This document shows positions 29,906 to 40,512 of a DNA stretch of 64,000 bases, in pieces (position 1 is the first letter of the stretch; every line of letters begins with the position of its first letter). This DNA is from Synechococcus sp. (GTDB lineage: Bacteria > Cyanobacteriota > Cyanobacteriia > PCC-6307 > Cyanobiaceae). The notes beneath the pieces are model-generated. The model had not been told where the DNA came from and searched no databases. It saw only the letters and a list, made by a program, of their open reading frames with translations. Location: assembly GCA_047285305.1 (NCBI GenBank), contig JBJBDL010000003.1, forward strand, positions 1,440,001-1,504,000, in the 5' to 3' direction. A program made the translations under genes and the position numbers.

Positions 29906-32236
29906 TCAGTTTTCCGGCTTGGCCAGAGGCAGCAGACACTTATCGGAATCACATCCGGCCGGCCCTGCTTCCGTCAGCTCACCCTGGTCGTAACGCTGCA
30001 GTGCTTCGAAGAAATCACTGCTGACGCGACGCTTCACCACAGCCGATTGCAGCTCCTCATAGGTGGTTGCATCGATCGGCTCGAAGGGCAGGCGGGGGAA
30101 GGTGGCATTGGCATCGAAACGGGCCAGAAGTGCTGCTGAGATGTAGCCCTCTCCCTTCTCCATTGCTTGATGCAGAGCATCAGCCAAGGGTTCGATTTCG
30201 TGCTCGCGGAATTCGATGGTGGCGGAGGTGTTGTGGGCGGTGTAGTGCCGCTGCACCTGCATGTAGAAATCGAATTGCGCCATGGCACTGAAGCCGTTGA
30301 TGTCAACGGCATCGGCACCGGGCAGGTTGGCCCAGCTCACCTCGGTGGGAATCTCCACTAGCCATTCGGTGCAGCGGGGATCAAAGGGGTCATTCAGCAG
30401 ACGGCCTTCCTCATCTTTGTCGGACTGGGAGGGAACGATGGTGTAGCCGTAGTCCATGCAGGCCATGGCCACGGGGTCGTTCTTGCGGAAGGTGATCCGG
30501 CGGATGAAGCGCTGGGCTTTGGGGGGATGCCAGCCGGGGGCAGCACCGGTGAGCAGGCTCTTGGTGCCTGCAGGTTGGACGGTTGTGCAGCGGTTGGGAC
30601 GACGCAGACCATGACGGTCGCAGTAGTCCCAGACCGCTTGATTGACGATCTTCTTCCAACGGCTCAGGTAAGCGGCTTCCTGCTCCTTGAAGCGCAGACC
30701 CTCCTCGGTGTCAGGTCGTCCGGCCTCCCACCAGCTCAGCCATTCCGTGCCGAAGGCATGGACGAAAAAGTCGAACAGACCGGTGAAGCTGACGCCAACG
30801 ATCGGGTCCCATTCACGGCTCTGGCGGTAGCGCTCAACCTCAAAACGATGGTTGAGCAGACAAGCAACCGAGAGGGCGCCTGCACGGAAGGCATCGGCCT
30901 GTCCTTCCTCGTCGCTTGGGTCGATCTGGTTGAGATGTACCTCGGCCAGATTGCAGTGGAAATCGGCACCCAGGATCTCGCCGCAGGGATTCAAGCCGTA
31001 ACGGCTGAGGCGGTGCTCCAGCTCATCGGCGCCAATGGGGCCATGGTTGTCGGACAACCAACGCCCCGCTTCTTCACGACCCTGATCGCAGTAGATCTCA
31101 ATGAATTCCGTTCGCAGCTCAGTGGTGGTGAGCAGATCGGCATTGGAGCGAGCGATCGCTTCGGGAGCGAACTGAATCGCACCTTCACCGGAGTGGAACT
31201 GCTTGGTCACCGCTGCGTGCACAACGTCCTTGTTGGGACGGGTGTGATATACGCGGGTGTGGTTGGCCATCCGCAGCGCATCACGCTCGGGATCAATCCT
31301 CCAGTTGCCCTCCTTGTCTTGCTGCCAGAGGTTGTCCTTGGAGGATGCAGCCGCCTGGTCGTCCGATGCGAACTGGCGCATGCCGGCGCTGCGACGGATG
31401 TTTCCAGCCACGATCGTGACGGCGGCTTCGTCGATCAACAGGCAGCACTCGACTGAGGTGAGCCGACGGCCCTGGGCCTTGTTCAGCAGCCGAGCAACGC
31501 GCCCGTAGAGATCCTTCAGCTTGACGGGGTTGGCCATGCCGCCGAAACCCTTCAGCGTTTCCCCAACAGGCCGCACATCGCTCAGGTCAACCTCGATCTG
31601 AATCGGACCGCCATGGAACCGTTCATCGCTGCTGAGCTCGAGCATCAGCTGGTAACTGTCCACCCAGCCACGGCGGGTGTCGCCCACCTTGATGGTCACC
31701 TTGTTGCCATCAATGCTGTGGGTGCAGTCGTCCTGGCGCTCAGCCGCAGGAGTGATGCCGATTTCGCTGACGCTGAGAACTTCAAAGCTGTTGCGCACCA
31801 CCGGAAGCCGGTCGATCAGGTGCGGCTCGATGATGGCCCCGGTGCCGCAGCCCATCATCGCCAGGTCCATCATCAGACCGAAGGCTTGCCAATCCACCAG
31901 GTTGGTGGATGTGCAGTTGTAGGAACCCGAGAAGTTTTCGGGCTGCTCGATCCAGCGGGTGCCACCGATCCAGAGCCAGCGGCCTGAGGGAAGAGCTTTT
32001 TTCTCGGCCTGCATGCGAGCCAGCAGGGCAACTTCCGCATCGTTGAGGTTGCCCAATTGACGCAGGCCTTCCAGGTTTCGCGCGCCCACCTGACTCCAGC
32101 TCTCACGGCCGCTGGGGGTTTTGCGGCTGTAGGTGCGATAGAAGACCGGGTTGGCAGCAGGAGCGGTTGCGGGGAAGTCGCCGAACCCGGCGACAGCTCC
32201 CGCAGCGGTCTCCACACGATTTGGAGTGAGGGTCAC
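29906..32236 (-). CDS. nrdJ: Class II (adenosylcobalamin-dependent) ribonucleoside-triphosphate reductase
   Basis: LPSGRWLW, GLNPCGEI, CNLAEV, TTVQPAGT, C-terminal GCDSDKC. Confidence 0.95.
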   Translation of the reverse strand: MTLTPNRVETAAGAVAGFGDFPATAPAANPVFYRTYSRKTPSGRESWSQVGARNLEGLRQLGNLNDAEVALLARMQAEKKALPSGRWLWIGGTRWIEQPENFSGSYNCTSTNLVDWQAFGLMMDLAMMGCGTGAIIEPHLIDRLPVVRNSFEVLSVSEIGITPAAERQDDCTHSIDGNKVTIKVGDTRRGWVDSYQLMLELSSDERFHGGPIQIEVDLSDVRPVGETLKGFGGMANPVKLKDLYGRVARLLNKAQGRRLTSVECCLLIDEAAVTIVAGNIRRSAGMRQFASDDQAAASSKDNLWQQDKEGNWRIDPERDALRMANHTRVYHTRPNKDVVHAAVTKQFHSGEGAIQFAPEAIARSNADLLTTTELRTEFIEIYCDQGREEAGRWLSDNHGPIGADELEHRLSRYGLNPCGEILGADFHCNLAEVHLNQIDPSDEEGQADAFRAGALSVACLLNHRFEVERYRQSREWDPIVGVSFTGLFDFFVHAFGTEWLSWWEAGRPDTEEGLRFKEQEAAYLSRWKKIVNQAVWDYCDRHGLRRPNRCTTVQPAGTKSLLTGAAPGWHPPKAQRFIRRITFRKNDPVAMACMDYGYTIVPSQSDKDEEGRLLNDPFDPRCTEWLVEIPTEVSWANLPGADAVDINGFSAMAQFDFYMQVQRHYTAHNTSATIEFREHEIEPLADALHQAMEKGEGYISAALLARFDANATFPRLPFEPIDATTYEELQSAVVKRRVSSDFFEALQRYDQGELTEAGPAGCDSDKCLLPLAKPEN

Positions 32237-32276
32237 GTGCGGTGCTTGGGCGAAGGACAAGTATCGAAACCCTAAC

Positions 32277-32322
32277 GCCACAGATGGGGGTAGCAAGGTC
32301 TCTTCACCACCATCAACAGTGT
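32277..32322. promoter_or_regulatory. Possible tandem NrdR boxes upstream of nrdJ
   Basis: gccacagatgggggta (32277) and ccaccatcaacagtgt (32307), 30 bp apart; partial matches to acaCwAtATaTwGtgt. Confidence 0.35.
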
Positions 32323-32354
32323 CCCGTCCAAACTGAGATCGAAATCGGCAGCAA

Positions 32355-33041
32355 ATGATGCAGCGGCGGCTGGAGCCTGAGTTGATGAACGGCGATACGC
32401 AGGTGCAGGCCTATGCCGCTGCCGACTTCAGTTCCGGCGATCAAGTCACCATCGAAGCGATTCAGCTTCTCCTCTCACGCACATCGCCTTTGCCGCCTGA
32501 TCCACTGGTGGTGGACCTAGGTTGTGGTCCGGGAAACATCACGCTGCGGTTGGCTGGCCTCTTCCCCAAGGCTCGGATCATCGGCATTGACGGTGCCGAA
32601 TCGATGCTGGCTGTAGCCCGGGAGCGGGCGCAGCAGCAGCAGCTGCAGATCTCGTTCCTGTGTCAGAACCTCCAGGAGGTGCTTCGAGGTGCTGGTGCTC
32701 TGCGTGGGCAGGCTGATCTGATCGTCAGCAACAGCCTTTTGCATCACCTGCATCAGCCTGATCTGCTCTGGATGGTCACCAGAGACTTGGCAGCACCTGG
32801 TTGCCGCACCTTGCACCGGGATCTCCGGCGTCCTGCCTCCGACACTGAGATTCAACAACTGTTGCTTAAACACCTGCCATCGGCGCCAGAGGTGTTGCAG
32901 CAGGACTTCGCTGGCTCGCTGGCGGCGGCCTTCGAACCTCAGGAGGTGACCGCAGAGCTCCACCGGCTAGATCTCAACCAGTTGACGGTGTCGGCAGAGG
33001 ACGACCGTTATCTGGTGGTGTCAGGCTTGGTGAAGTCCTGA
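32355..33041 (+). CDS. Class I SAM-dependent methyltransferase
   Basis: EPELM, VDLGCGPG, GIDG, SNSLLHH, RDLRRP. Confidence 0.9.
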   Translation: MMQRRLEPELMNGDTQVQAYAAADFSSGDQVTIEAIQLLLSRTSPLPPDPLVVDLGCGPGNITLRLAGLFPKARIIGIDGAESMLAVARERAQQQQLQISFLCQNLQEVLRGAGALRGQADLIVSNSLLHHLHQPDLLWMVTRDLAAPGCRTLHRDLRRPASDTEIQQLLLKHLPSAPEVLQQDFAGSLAAAFEPQEVTAELHRLDLNQLTVSAEDDRYLVVSGLVKS

Positions 33042-33047
33042 AATCCG

Positions 33048-34694
33048 ATGAGCGGCAGTCAAGCGACCACTGATGGTGATATGGCCCAGGTTTTGGCCTC
33101 GGCGGTAGATCGCCGTCGCAACTTTGCGATCATCTCCCACCCGGACGCGGGAAAAACAACCCTCACCGAGAAGTTGCTGCTCTATGGCGGTGCCATTCAG
33201 CAGGCCGGTGCGGTGAAAGCCAGGGGTGAGCAGCGCAAGGTGACCTCCGACTGGATGGAGCTTGAAAAGCAGCGGGGCATTTCAATCACCTCAACGGTGC
33301 TGCAGTTCGATTACGACACCACCACGATCAATCTCCTGGATACACCAGGTCACCAGGATTTTTCCGAAGACACCTATCGAACGCTGGCAGCGGCGGACAA
33401 CGCCGTGATGCTGGAGGATGCCGCCAAGGGCCTGGAGCCTCAGACTCGGAAGCTGTTCGAGGTCTGCCGCATGCGTCAGATCCCGATCTTCACCTTCATC
33501 AACAAGATGGACCGCCCGGGGCGGGAACCGCTCACCCTGCTCGATGAAATCGAGTCGGAACTCGGCCTCACCCCCTGGGCGGTGAACTGGCCTATCGGCA
33601 GTGGCGAGCAATTCCGTGGTGTGATCGATCGCCGCAGCAAGGAGGTGGTTCTGTTCAGCCGTGCTGAACGCGGCAAGCAGGCCAGTGAGCAACGCCTCTC
33701 GCTGGACGACCCTGCCCTGCGCGAGTTGGTGGAAGAGGACCTGCTGGATCTGGCCATTGAGGAAATGGAGTTCCTGGAGGCGGCTGGCGCCGAGCTGGAC
33801 ATAGAGATGGTCCATGCCGGTGAACTCACCCCGGTGTTCTTCGGCTCGGCAATGACCAACTTCGGAGTCCGTCCGTTCCTCGATGCCTTCCTTGAGATGG
33901 CGCAACGGCCGATCGCCCGATCCAGCAGCGAAGGTCTGGTGGACCCGTTGCGTGAAGGGTTCAGCGGCTTCGTGTTCAAGCTTCAGGCCAACATGGACCC
34001 CAGGCACCGCGACAGGGTGGCCTTCGTACGTGTCTGCAGCGGCCGCTTCGAAAAAGATATGACGGTAAAGCACGCCCGCACAGGCAAAGCGATCCGTCTC
34101 TCCCGTCCTCAAAAGCTCTTCGGTCAGGACCGAGCCGTGGTGGAAGACGCCTATCCGGGTGATGTGATTGGTCTCAACAACCCCGGCATGTTTTCCATTG
34201 GCGACACCCTTTATGTGGGTTCGAAAGTGGAGTACGAAGGCATTCCCTGTTTCAGCCCGGAGATTTTCAGTTGGCTGCGCAACCCCAACCCTTCAGCCTT
34301 CAAGAACTTCCGAAAAGGGGTGAACGAGCTGCGGGAAGAGGGGGCTGTGCAGATCCTTTATGACACCGACGAGAGCAAGCGGGATCCAATTCTGGCGGCC
34401 GTTGGACAACTCCAGCTTGAGGTGGTGCAGCACCGGCTTGAGAACGAATACGGCGTGGAAACCCGCCTTGAGCCCATGGGTTTCCAGGTTGCCCGTTGGA
34501 TCAACGGCGGTTGGGCTGAACTCGAAAAGGTCGGCCGAATTTTCAATTGCAAAACCGTGCGTGATGCCTGGAATCGGCCTGTGCTGTTGTTCAAAAACGA
34601 GTGGAATCTCAACCAGCTTCGGGAGGACCATCCCGACCTTGAACTCAGCAGTGTTGCCCCGGTGGTGAGTGGAGTGGAGCCGATCAGTCTCTGA
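33048..34694 (+). CDS. prfC: Peptide chain release factor 3
   Basis: [51 protein letters not shown]. Confidence 0.97.
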   Translation: MSGSQATTDGDMAQVLASAVDRRRNFAIISHPDAGKTTLTEKLLLYGGAIQQAGAVKARGEQRKVTSDWMELEKQRGISITSTVLQFDYDTTTINLLDTPGHQDFSEDTYRTLAAADNAVMLEDAAKGLEPQTRKLFEVCRMRQIPIFTFINKMDRPGREPLTLLDEIESELGLTPWAVNWPIGSGEQFRGVIDRRSKEVVLFSRAERGKQASEQRLSLDDPALRELVEEDLLDLAIEEMEFLEAAGAELDIEMVHAGELTPVFFGSAMTNFGVRPFLDAFLEMAQRPIARSSSEGLVDPLREGFSGFVFKLQANMDPRHRDRVAFVRVCSGRFEKDMTVKHARTGKAIRLSRPQKLFGQDRAVVEDAYPGDVIGLNNPGMFSIGDTLYVGSKVEYEGIPCFSPEIFSWLRNPNPSAFKNFRKGVNELREEGAVQILYDTDESKRDPILAAVGQLQLEVVQHRLENEYGVETRLEPMGFQVARWINGGWAELEKVGRIFNCKTVRDAWNRPVLLFKNEWNLNQLREDHPDLELSSVAPVVSGVEPISL

Positions 34695-34763
34695 ACCGGG
34701 GGGATCACCCAATCCACACCTCCACGGCTCTCTCGCCAGAATCGTGAAGCGTCTTCAACTTCC

Positions 34764-34985
34764 GTGAGTACGTTCTGGCTGCTGAGGAATAGCGCTGACG
34801 GCGGCACCGAATACGTGTGTTTCCGCGGTGATAACGAATCGGTTGAAATGCTTGAGGGCTACCACCTTCCCCCGCAGATGCCGTTGATCAAACGCCGCTC
34901 CTGGATGAACCGGGTGGATGCCCTCAGCTGCCGGAGCAGGCTGGAACGCAGCGAGGGTTTTCGTCACGGTGCGCCCCTCTTCTGA
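34764..34985 (+). CDS. Small hypothetical protein (DUF1651-like layout)
   Basis: Clean 73-aa ORF between prfC and the CPP1-like gene. Confidence 0.6.
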   Translation: MSTFWLLRNSADGGTEYVCFRGDNESVEMLEGYHLPPQMPLIKRRSWMNRVDALSCRSRLERSEGFRHGAPLF

Positions 34986-35027
34986 ACAGGCCCCGATACG
35001 CTCATCAAAAGGAACCCGATCGACGCA

Positions 35028-35723
35028 ATGGCAGCCCTGGGTGAATCTGGTCCCGATGCAAACGCAGATGATCCATTTGCCCGTCTCGGTCTGAGCCGTG
35101 ATGCGGGCTTTGATCAGGTTCAGGCGGCCAAAGCACGCTGTCTCGCCGAGGTTTCCGGTGATGATCAGGCCCGAGCAAAGATCGAAGCGGCCTACGACGC
35201 CGTCCTGATGGCTCGCCTGCGGGACCGGCAACAGGGTCAGGTGAGTGCTGCTGCAGCGACGGCGTCGGAGCGGGAGGCCATGGCGGGATCCTTGCCATCT
35301 CAGCCAGCTCAGGCACCGATGGGCAATGTGTTGGCGAATCTCCGCAACAGGCTGCCCGATCCCTCCCCGAGCCTCTCCGGCCTCAAGCCCGACTGGGCCC
35401 TGGTGGATGGGCAGGGGCGTTCCGTGCGCCTGATTGCTGGGATCGTCGGCGTTGCTCTGTTGCTGATCTCGGCCGGGAGTATTCAGTTGGTGCTGGCCCT
35501 AGCAACCATCGGTGTTTTTCTCAGTCAGGTTCGCCGTGGTCGCCGCCCTCTGGCATCCCTGGGCTGGACGTTGCTGGTGCTCAGTGTGGGCTTGGCGGCA
35601 GGCTCTTTGCTGAACCTGGCGTTCTCTCCCACTGCTGTTGAGCAGCTGGCTCTCAGTCCTCTGCAGATCCAGGCTCTGCCTGCCGCTCTGCTGCTGTGGG
35701 CTGCAGCCCTGTTTCTGGCCTGA
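35028..35723 (+). CDS. CPP1-like/DUF3353 J-like membrane protein
   Basis: DPFARLGL...IEAAYDAVLMARLRDRQQG followed by TM helices. Confidence 0.85.
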   Translation: MAALGESGPDANADDPFARLGLSRDAGFDQVQAAKARCLAEVSGDDQARAKIEAAYDAVLMARLRDRQQGQVSAAAATASEREAMAGSLPSQPAQAPMGNVLANLRNRLPDPSPSLSGLKPDWALVDGQGRSVRLIAGIVGVALLLISAGSIQLVLALATIGVFLSQVRRGRRPLASLGWTLLVLSVGLAAGSLLNLAFSPTAVEQLALSPLQIQALPAALLLWAAALFLA

Positions 35724-35726
35724 AGA

Positions 35727-36644
35727 TCAGGCCACCGTCGGTAGTTCGTCAATCAGCTCCTGCAGCTCCGCAGCGCTCACGTCATAACGGTTGTTGCAAA
35801 AGTGGCAGGTCAGTTCCGCGCCGCCATCCTTGTCACGCATGTCGGTGAGTTCGTCCCTGCCCAACAGGAGCAGTGCTGCTTTGCTGCGTTCACGGCTGCA
35901 AGGACAGAAAAAACGAAGCTCCTGACTGGCCTCGGCATCGTCGAGGGGTTTGGGATCAAGGTCGGGGAAGACGTCCCGAAGCAGATCCTCCAGCTTGTCT
36001 CCACTTGCCGCAAGCCGCTGACTGAATCCAGTGATCTCGCGGCAACGCTGTTCAATCAGCTCCACCAGGGCCAGCTCTTCCGCTGCTTTGGGAAGGATTT
36101 GAACCAGGAGGCCCCCGCTGGCGTGGATGCCGGTTCTGTTCACCTGCTCACCCACAAACACCGCGGAAGGAGTCTGTTCGGAGTGGAGCAGATAGGAGGC
36201 AACATCCTCACCAATGCCTCCACTGACGAGCTCAACGGTGCTGTTGAAGGGCTCACCCTTGCCGTCATCACGCATTACGTGGAGGTACCCGGTGCCAGCG
36301 GCCTCCTTGAAATTGAAGCTGAAATGCCCGGCTTCATCCTGAATCGGATCGAGTTCGAGGGCAGGCTCGCCGACGTAGCCACGAACGGTTCCGTTGCGTC
36401 CGGCATCCACCATCAAGCCCTTGATCGGTCCGTCGGAGCCGAGGCGCAGGTTCACCCGGCCGTGGCGCACCTTCATCGAACTGGCGAGCATCAATCCAGC
36501 GGCCATGCCTCGTCCGAGCATCACGCTGGTGAGGAACGACAGTCCATGTCGCTCCCTCGCCTCACGCACGATGTTGGTTGTCGATACCGCCACCAACCGG
36601 ATGCCACCCTCAGCGGCTGTTGCGCGAACCAGCCGGTCGGCCAT
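35727..36644 (-). CDS. hslO: Hsp33 redox-regulated chaperone
   Basis: [20 protein letters not shown]...CHFC zinc site. Confidence 0.95.
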   Translation of the reverse strand: MADRLVRATAAEGGIRLVAVSTTNIVREARERHGLSFLTSVMLGRGMAAGLMLASSMKVRHGRVNLRLGSDGPIKGLMVDAGRNGTVRGYVGEPALELDPIQDEAGHFSFNFKEAAGTGYLHVMRDDGKGEPFNSTVELVSGGIGEDVASYLLHSEQTPSAVFVGEQVNRTGIHASGGLLVQILPKAAEELALVELIEQRCREITGFSQRLAASGDKLEDLLRDVFPDLDPKPLDDAEASQELRFFCPCSRERSKAALLLLGRDELTDMRDKDGGAELTCHFCNNRYDVSAAELQELIDELPTVA

Positions 36645-36658
36645 ATCCCCTCGGTAGC

Positions 36659-37297
36659 TCAGGGCAATGTAGTCATCGGTTCGAGCCGCCCGCCCTGCAA
36701 GCGCAGTCTTTGGCAGTCCCAGTCCTGAAAAAGCTCGGGTTCATGGGTGACCACGATCAATACCTGTTCACGAGAGAGGCCGGCGAGCAGATCAAGCACG
36801 TCCCGTCGCACCGACCAATCCAAACCTGCGGTGGGTTCATCCAGGAGGAGCACTTCAGCGCCGCGGAGCATTTGCACGGCGAGGGCAAGCCGCCGTTGCT
36901 GCCCGCCGCTCAGCCGTTCTGGCGCCGTTGTGGAGGCGATGGTGTCGAGGCCAACCCGTTCGAGCATGCTCTGTTCGCGATCATGACCGAGCCTCCGATG
37001 CCCCAGCCGCAGTTCCTGAGCGACGCTCAGGCCGAGGAAATGGCGCTCGGGAAACTGGAAAACGATGCCGCAAAGCCAGCGCAGCTGCCGTTGTTTCATC
37101 GCGCTGCCGTTCCAGCGGATGCTGCCGGATGTGGCTGATGCCAGGCCGCTGATGATTTCCAGCAGCGATGTCTTTCCGGATCCACTGGCGCCAGCAATCA
37201 GCAGCGGCCGTCCCCTCTGCGTCTGAAAATCGACGCCGTTGAGGATGGGGGCACCAGCAGTAGCAGGTGCATAGGTGATTCCTGAGAGCTCGAGCAT
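36659..37297 (-). CDS. ABC transporter ATP-binding protein
   Basis: [33 protein letters not shown]. Confidence 0.9.
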   Translation of the reverse strand: MLELSGITYAPATAGAPILNGVDFQTQRGRPLLIAGASGSGKTSLLEIISGLASATSGSIRWNGSAMKQRQLRWLCGIVFQFPERHFLGLSVAQELRLGHRRLGHDREQSMLERVGLDTIASTTAPERLSGGQQRRLALAVQMLRGAEVLLLDEPTAGLDWSVRRDVLDLLAGLSREQVLIVVTHEPELFQDWDCQRLRLQGGRLEPMTTLP

Positions 37298-37338
37298 GCG
37301 TTCAGCTTGAACGATGATGACGGTGTCGCGATGGCCCC

Positions 37339-37788
37339 ATGGACATTCGTTTTCGTGAAGTCGATCCCTTCAATTGCTGGTTATGGATCCGTTTCTCGGA
37401 ACCTCCCAGTCAGGGGGAACGGAATTACGTCGACGGTGTCTTTGACAGCTGGTACGTGATCGGGCGTTTGGGCGGCTTCAACGCAGAAAACCTGCAGGTG
37501 CATGACGCAGGCTCCGATCTCAGTTGGATGACCTACGACAACGATGGGGCTGAGTCTGCGATGCCAGCCCTGATGCACAACATGGGGCAGCTTGAATACC
37601 AGAACGATTGGGGACGTTGCTGGGTGGATCTCGGTACGTCGGATGGAGTTGCCATCGATGTTCTGATCAATGCCCTGCGTCAACTGGACTCCGACGTGGT
37701 TCAGATCGAAGAGCTGGTTGTAGGTGGGGTCAATGAAAATTGGCCGGTTGAAGACCATCCCGACAGCGTTTTCCCTGCCGGTGGCTGA
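37339..37788 (+). CDS. DUF3531 family protein
   Basis: FDSWYVIGRLGGFNAENLQ, MHNMG, RCWVDLGTSD. Confidence 0.8.
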   Translation: MDIRFREVDPFNCWLWIRFSEPPSQGERNYVDGVFDSWYVIGRLGGFNAENLQVHDAGSDLSWMTYDNDGAESAMPALMHNMGQLEYQNDWGRCWVDLGTSDGVAIDVLINALRQLDSDVVQIEELVVGGVNENWPVEDHPDSVFPAGG

Positions 37789-38512
37789 ACGCCGGCGCTT
37801 GCTTCTGTCGCCGGATCGCCTGCAGCATGGTGGCTCGGTTCTGCTCAGCACTGAAGAGCAGCACTACCTGCGGAGAGTGTTGCGTCTGCGCTGTGGCGAG
37901 CAGGTGGATCTGATCGATGGTTGCGGCCGGCTCACGACCGCAACCCTGGTGGAACCCAAGTTGCTCACGCTCGAGAGGCCAATGCAACTGATTGAGCCCC
38001 TGGCCCAACCTCAGTTGGGCCTGGCCCTGGCCTTGATGCGGCGGGGGATGGATGAGGTGGTCCGGATGGCCTGTGAGCTCGGGATTGATCGGATTCAGCC
38101 CCTGCGTTGCGATCGCTGTGTTCCCCAGGCCGACCACCGACCCGAGCGCTGGGCAACGATCATTCGTGAAGCTGTGGAGCAGTGCGAACGGTTGTGGACG
38201 CCACAGCTGCTCGATCTCAAAGACCTTTCCCAATGGATGGCAGATGAGCGGGGCCAGCGTCTGGTGGGGGTGACCCGCGAGACAGCACCACCGGCCTTGG
38301 ATCAATGGTTACGTCACCAGGCCGATCCTGGTGAGCTCACCTGGCTCATGGTTGGCCCGGAAGGGGGGTGGACCAAAGAGGAACTGAAGCAGTTCATGGA
38401 AGCAAGAATTGAGCCCGTCCAGATGGGATCAAACATCCTGCGCAGTTCGACTGCCGCGGTGGCTGGTTCCGTGGAACTGGTTCGTTGGCGCGATCGGCTA
38501 ATCAGCTCTTGA
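37781..38512 (+). CDS. rsmE: 16S rRNA m3U1498 methyltransferase
   Basis: HYLRRVLRL, CELG, EAVEQCER, VGPEGGW, ILRSSTA. Confidence 0.92.
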   Translation: MAERRRLLLSPDRLQHGGSVLLSTEEQHYLRRVLRLRCGEQVDLIDGCGRLTTATLVEPKLLTLERPMQLIEPLAQPQLGLALALMRRGMDEVVRMACELGIDRIQPLRCDRCVPQADHRPERWATIIREAVEQCERLWTPQLLDLKDLSQWMADERGQRLVGVTRETAPPALDQWLRHQADPGELTWLMVGPEGGWTKEELKQFMEARIEPVQMGSNILRSSTAAVAGSVELVRWRDRLISS

Positions 38513-38918
38513 ACAGATCCTGAGCAATCCCCCGGAAGGATTTCAGAGCTGCTCCAGGCCGGCGGCTGCGCTGGCGCAGTCCGCCACCAGGCATGAGGTT
38601 GCTGGGGGCAAAGGTGGAATAGGTCACGGCCGGGCGGGCTGCCTCTGCTGCAGCCAGTTCAGCGGCGATGGCTTCTGCAGTGGTGAGTGGGGCTGCGGGC
38701 TCAGAGCTGGATTCAGCTTTGGCTTCCGCAACGGTCTCTGCAACAGCCTCTGTAGCTGAAGGCTTAGCAACCACTGAGGGCTCGGAGGCTGTGACGACAT
38801 CTGCCTCGACAGGCGCTTCTTCGGTTGCTGGAGCCTCTTGTTGAGGCAGCTCGAGGGTGGCCGGAGCGGCAGTGTCATCCAGGGTGAGGAAAAAGCCCTT
38901 GTTGCTGTTGAACACCAT
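38502..38918 (-). CDS. Hypothetical Ala/Glu-rich protein
   Basis: KGFFLTLD N-terminus, low-complexity middle, TFAP...RRPGA C-terminus. Confidence 0.7.
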   Translation of the reverse strand: MVFNSNKGFFLTLDDTAAPATLELPQQEAPATEEAPVEADVVTASEPSVVAKPSATEAVAETVAEAKAESSSEPAAPLTTAEAIAAELAAAEAARPAVTYSTFAPSNLMPGGGLRQRSRRPGAALKSFRGIAQDLFKS

Positions 38919-39004
38919 CCGGTCGACCAGAGAACGAACGCACCCGATTCTCCCTCTGCAATGGCCGCAGGCAGGAGATGCTTAGAGCACTGCAACACGG
39001 TGTG

Positions 39005-39724
39005 ATGTCCGCACTCTGGATTCAGGCCCTGCTGGTGAACACGGTTTTGATTGCCCTGACGCAGCGGACATCTGTGCTCACCCGCAGTGGTTGGGTCCAT
39101 GCAGCTGCCTTGGGCACGATCCTGTGGGGGTGTTTGGGGTGGTCGGGCTGGTTGGCCGTGGTCGCCTACCTCTGTATGGGAAGCCTGGTCACCAAGATCG
39201 GCTTTGAGAACAAGCAAAGCCGGGGCCTTGCCGAAGCCCGCGGCGGTCAGCGCGGCCCTGAAAACGTCTGGGGTTCTGCGGCCGTTGGAGCCTTCCTTGC
39301 ACTGCTCATCGGTGCCGGTGTCGAACCCCATGAGGTGTTGTTGGTTGGCTTTGCGGCGAGTTTTGCCGCCAAGTTGGCCGACACCTTCGGGAGTGAGATC
39401 GGCAAGCGTTTCGGTCGCACCACTGTGTTGATTACAAGCCTGCGGGTGGTTTCACCAGGCACCGAAGGGGCCATCAGCCTTGAGGGAACCCTGGCCAGTG
39501 CCGCCGGCAGCGTCTCCATGACCCTGGTGATGCTGGCTCTGCAGCTGGTTCCCTCATGGCCTGTGGCAGGGTTGGTGATGCTGGTTGGTCTGGTGGCGAC
39601 CCTCGGCGAAAGCCTGCTCGGCGCCCTGGTGCAGGATCGCGTGGCCTGGTTGAGCAATGAGCTGGTCAATGCTCTTCAGACCCTCTTGGCCGCAGTTTTG
39701 GCGATGTCGCTGATGGCGCTCTGA
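39005..39724 (+). CDS. DUF92/TIGR00297 membrane protein
   Basis: RGPENVWGS, ADTFGSEIGK, PGTEGAISLEGT, NELVN. Confidence 0.9.
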   Translation: MSALWIQALLVNTVLIALTQRTSVLTRSGWVHAAALGTILWGCLGWSGWLAVVAYLCMGSLVTKIGFENKQSRGLAEARGGQRGPENVWGSAAVGAFLALLIGAGVEPHEVLLVGFAASFAAKLADTFGSEIGKRFGRTTVLITSLRVVSPGTEGAISLEGTLASAAGSVSMTLVMLALQLVPSWPVAGLVMLVGLVATLGESLLGALVQDRVAWLSNELVNALQTLLAAVLAMSLMAL

Positions 39725-39742
39725 TCAGCTGGTTTGGACGGG

Positions 39743-40264
39743 TCACAGACCATCGCGCTGGGCCAATTGCTGTAGCAGTTCAACGCCCTCATGGAGATGA
39801 AGGCGCAGGGCTGAACGGCTGCACCTCATGACCTGAGCCAGATCCTTGATGGTCTGGCCTTGGATCAAGTGGACTTGCAGCACTGTGCCGGCCATGCCGT
39901 CCACCTGGTGCAGCACGCTCTTCAGCCAGCCCAGGTGTTCATCGACCTCACAAGCTTGTGTTGGCTCCACAGAGCTGGCACTCAGGTCGATGACCTGGCT
40001 TGCCCCATGGCTCTGAACGGCGGTAGCCCAGCGCTCTGAGCGAACCGAGAGTTCGTCAGCAAGTTCCAGATCGCTGAGAAGCGCTTGCCGGATCTGTTCG
40101 CGTTCACTTTGCTGTTGGAGACGGGCCGCGCACTGGGCCAGGCCCAGGTGTTTGAGAGCCTGTCGATTGCGCCGTGCAATGCAAGGGGGCAGCGAGCGAC
40201 GGGACTCCTGCCGCAGGTGACCTTGAGAAATCAAGGGATCAGTAAGACAGATCCAACAGTTCAA
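39743..40264 (-). CDS. Sigma-70-like protein with region 4 but no recognisable region 2 (possible internally deleted allele)
   Basis: C-terminal LHLIQGQTIKDLAQVMRCSRSALRLHLHEGVELL region-4-like HTH; no region 2 motifs. Confidence 0.55.
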   Translation of the reverse strand: MNCWICLTDPLISQGHLRQESRRSLPPCIARRNRQALKHLGLAQCAARLQQQSEREQIRQALLSDLELADELSVRSERWATAVQSHGASQVIDLSASSVEPTQACEVDEHLGWLKSVLHQVDGMAGTVLQVHLIQGQTIKDLAQVMRCSRSALRLHLHEGVELLQQLAQRDGL

Positions 40265-40347
40265 CCCTCAGCCCGGAAACGGTTGGCACTTTGGTGCCGC
40301 AGATCGGCACTTTCGTGCCGGATCATGGGTGCAACGGTTTTGGATTG

Positions 40348-40512
40348 ATGGACTGGCAACCAGAGGCACAGGCAGCACTCAAGAAAGAAGTTCCGTTTTT
40401 CGTACGGCCTGCTGTTCGTAAAAGGGTTGAGGCGATGGCGGATTCAGACGGACGTTCCGACATCGACCTGGATTTCTACAAATCCGCCAAGCAGGCCATG
40501 GCCCCGAGCTGA
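40348..40512 (+). CDS. PCP reductase family small protein
   Basis: MDWQPEAQAALKKEVPFFVRPAVRKRVEAMA, like the ChlB C-terminal domain. Confidence 0.8.
   Translation: MDWQPEAQAALKKEVPFFVRPAVRKRVEAMADSDGRSDIDLDFYKSAKQAMAPS

Noticed and set aside
29636..30139. ORFs 29636..30139 (+) and 29755..29952 (-)
   Set aside because: They overlap tRNA-Ser and the nrdJ 3' end; not protein-like.
30527..31456. Long antisense ORFs such as 30527..31456, 35802..36728, 16053..16922 and 33291..34112
   Set aside because: Expected shadows of GC-rich codon usage opposite well-identified genes.
32237..32354. Cobalamin riboswitch upstream of nrdJ or cobW
   Set aside because: The intergenic spaces are too short and no B12-box was seen.
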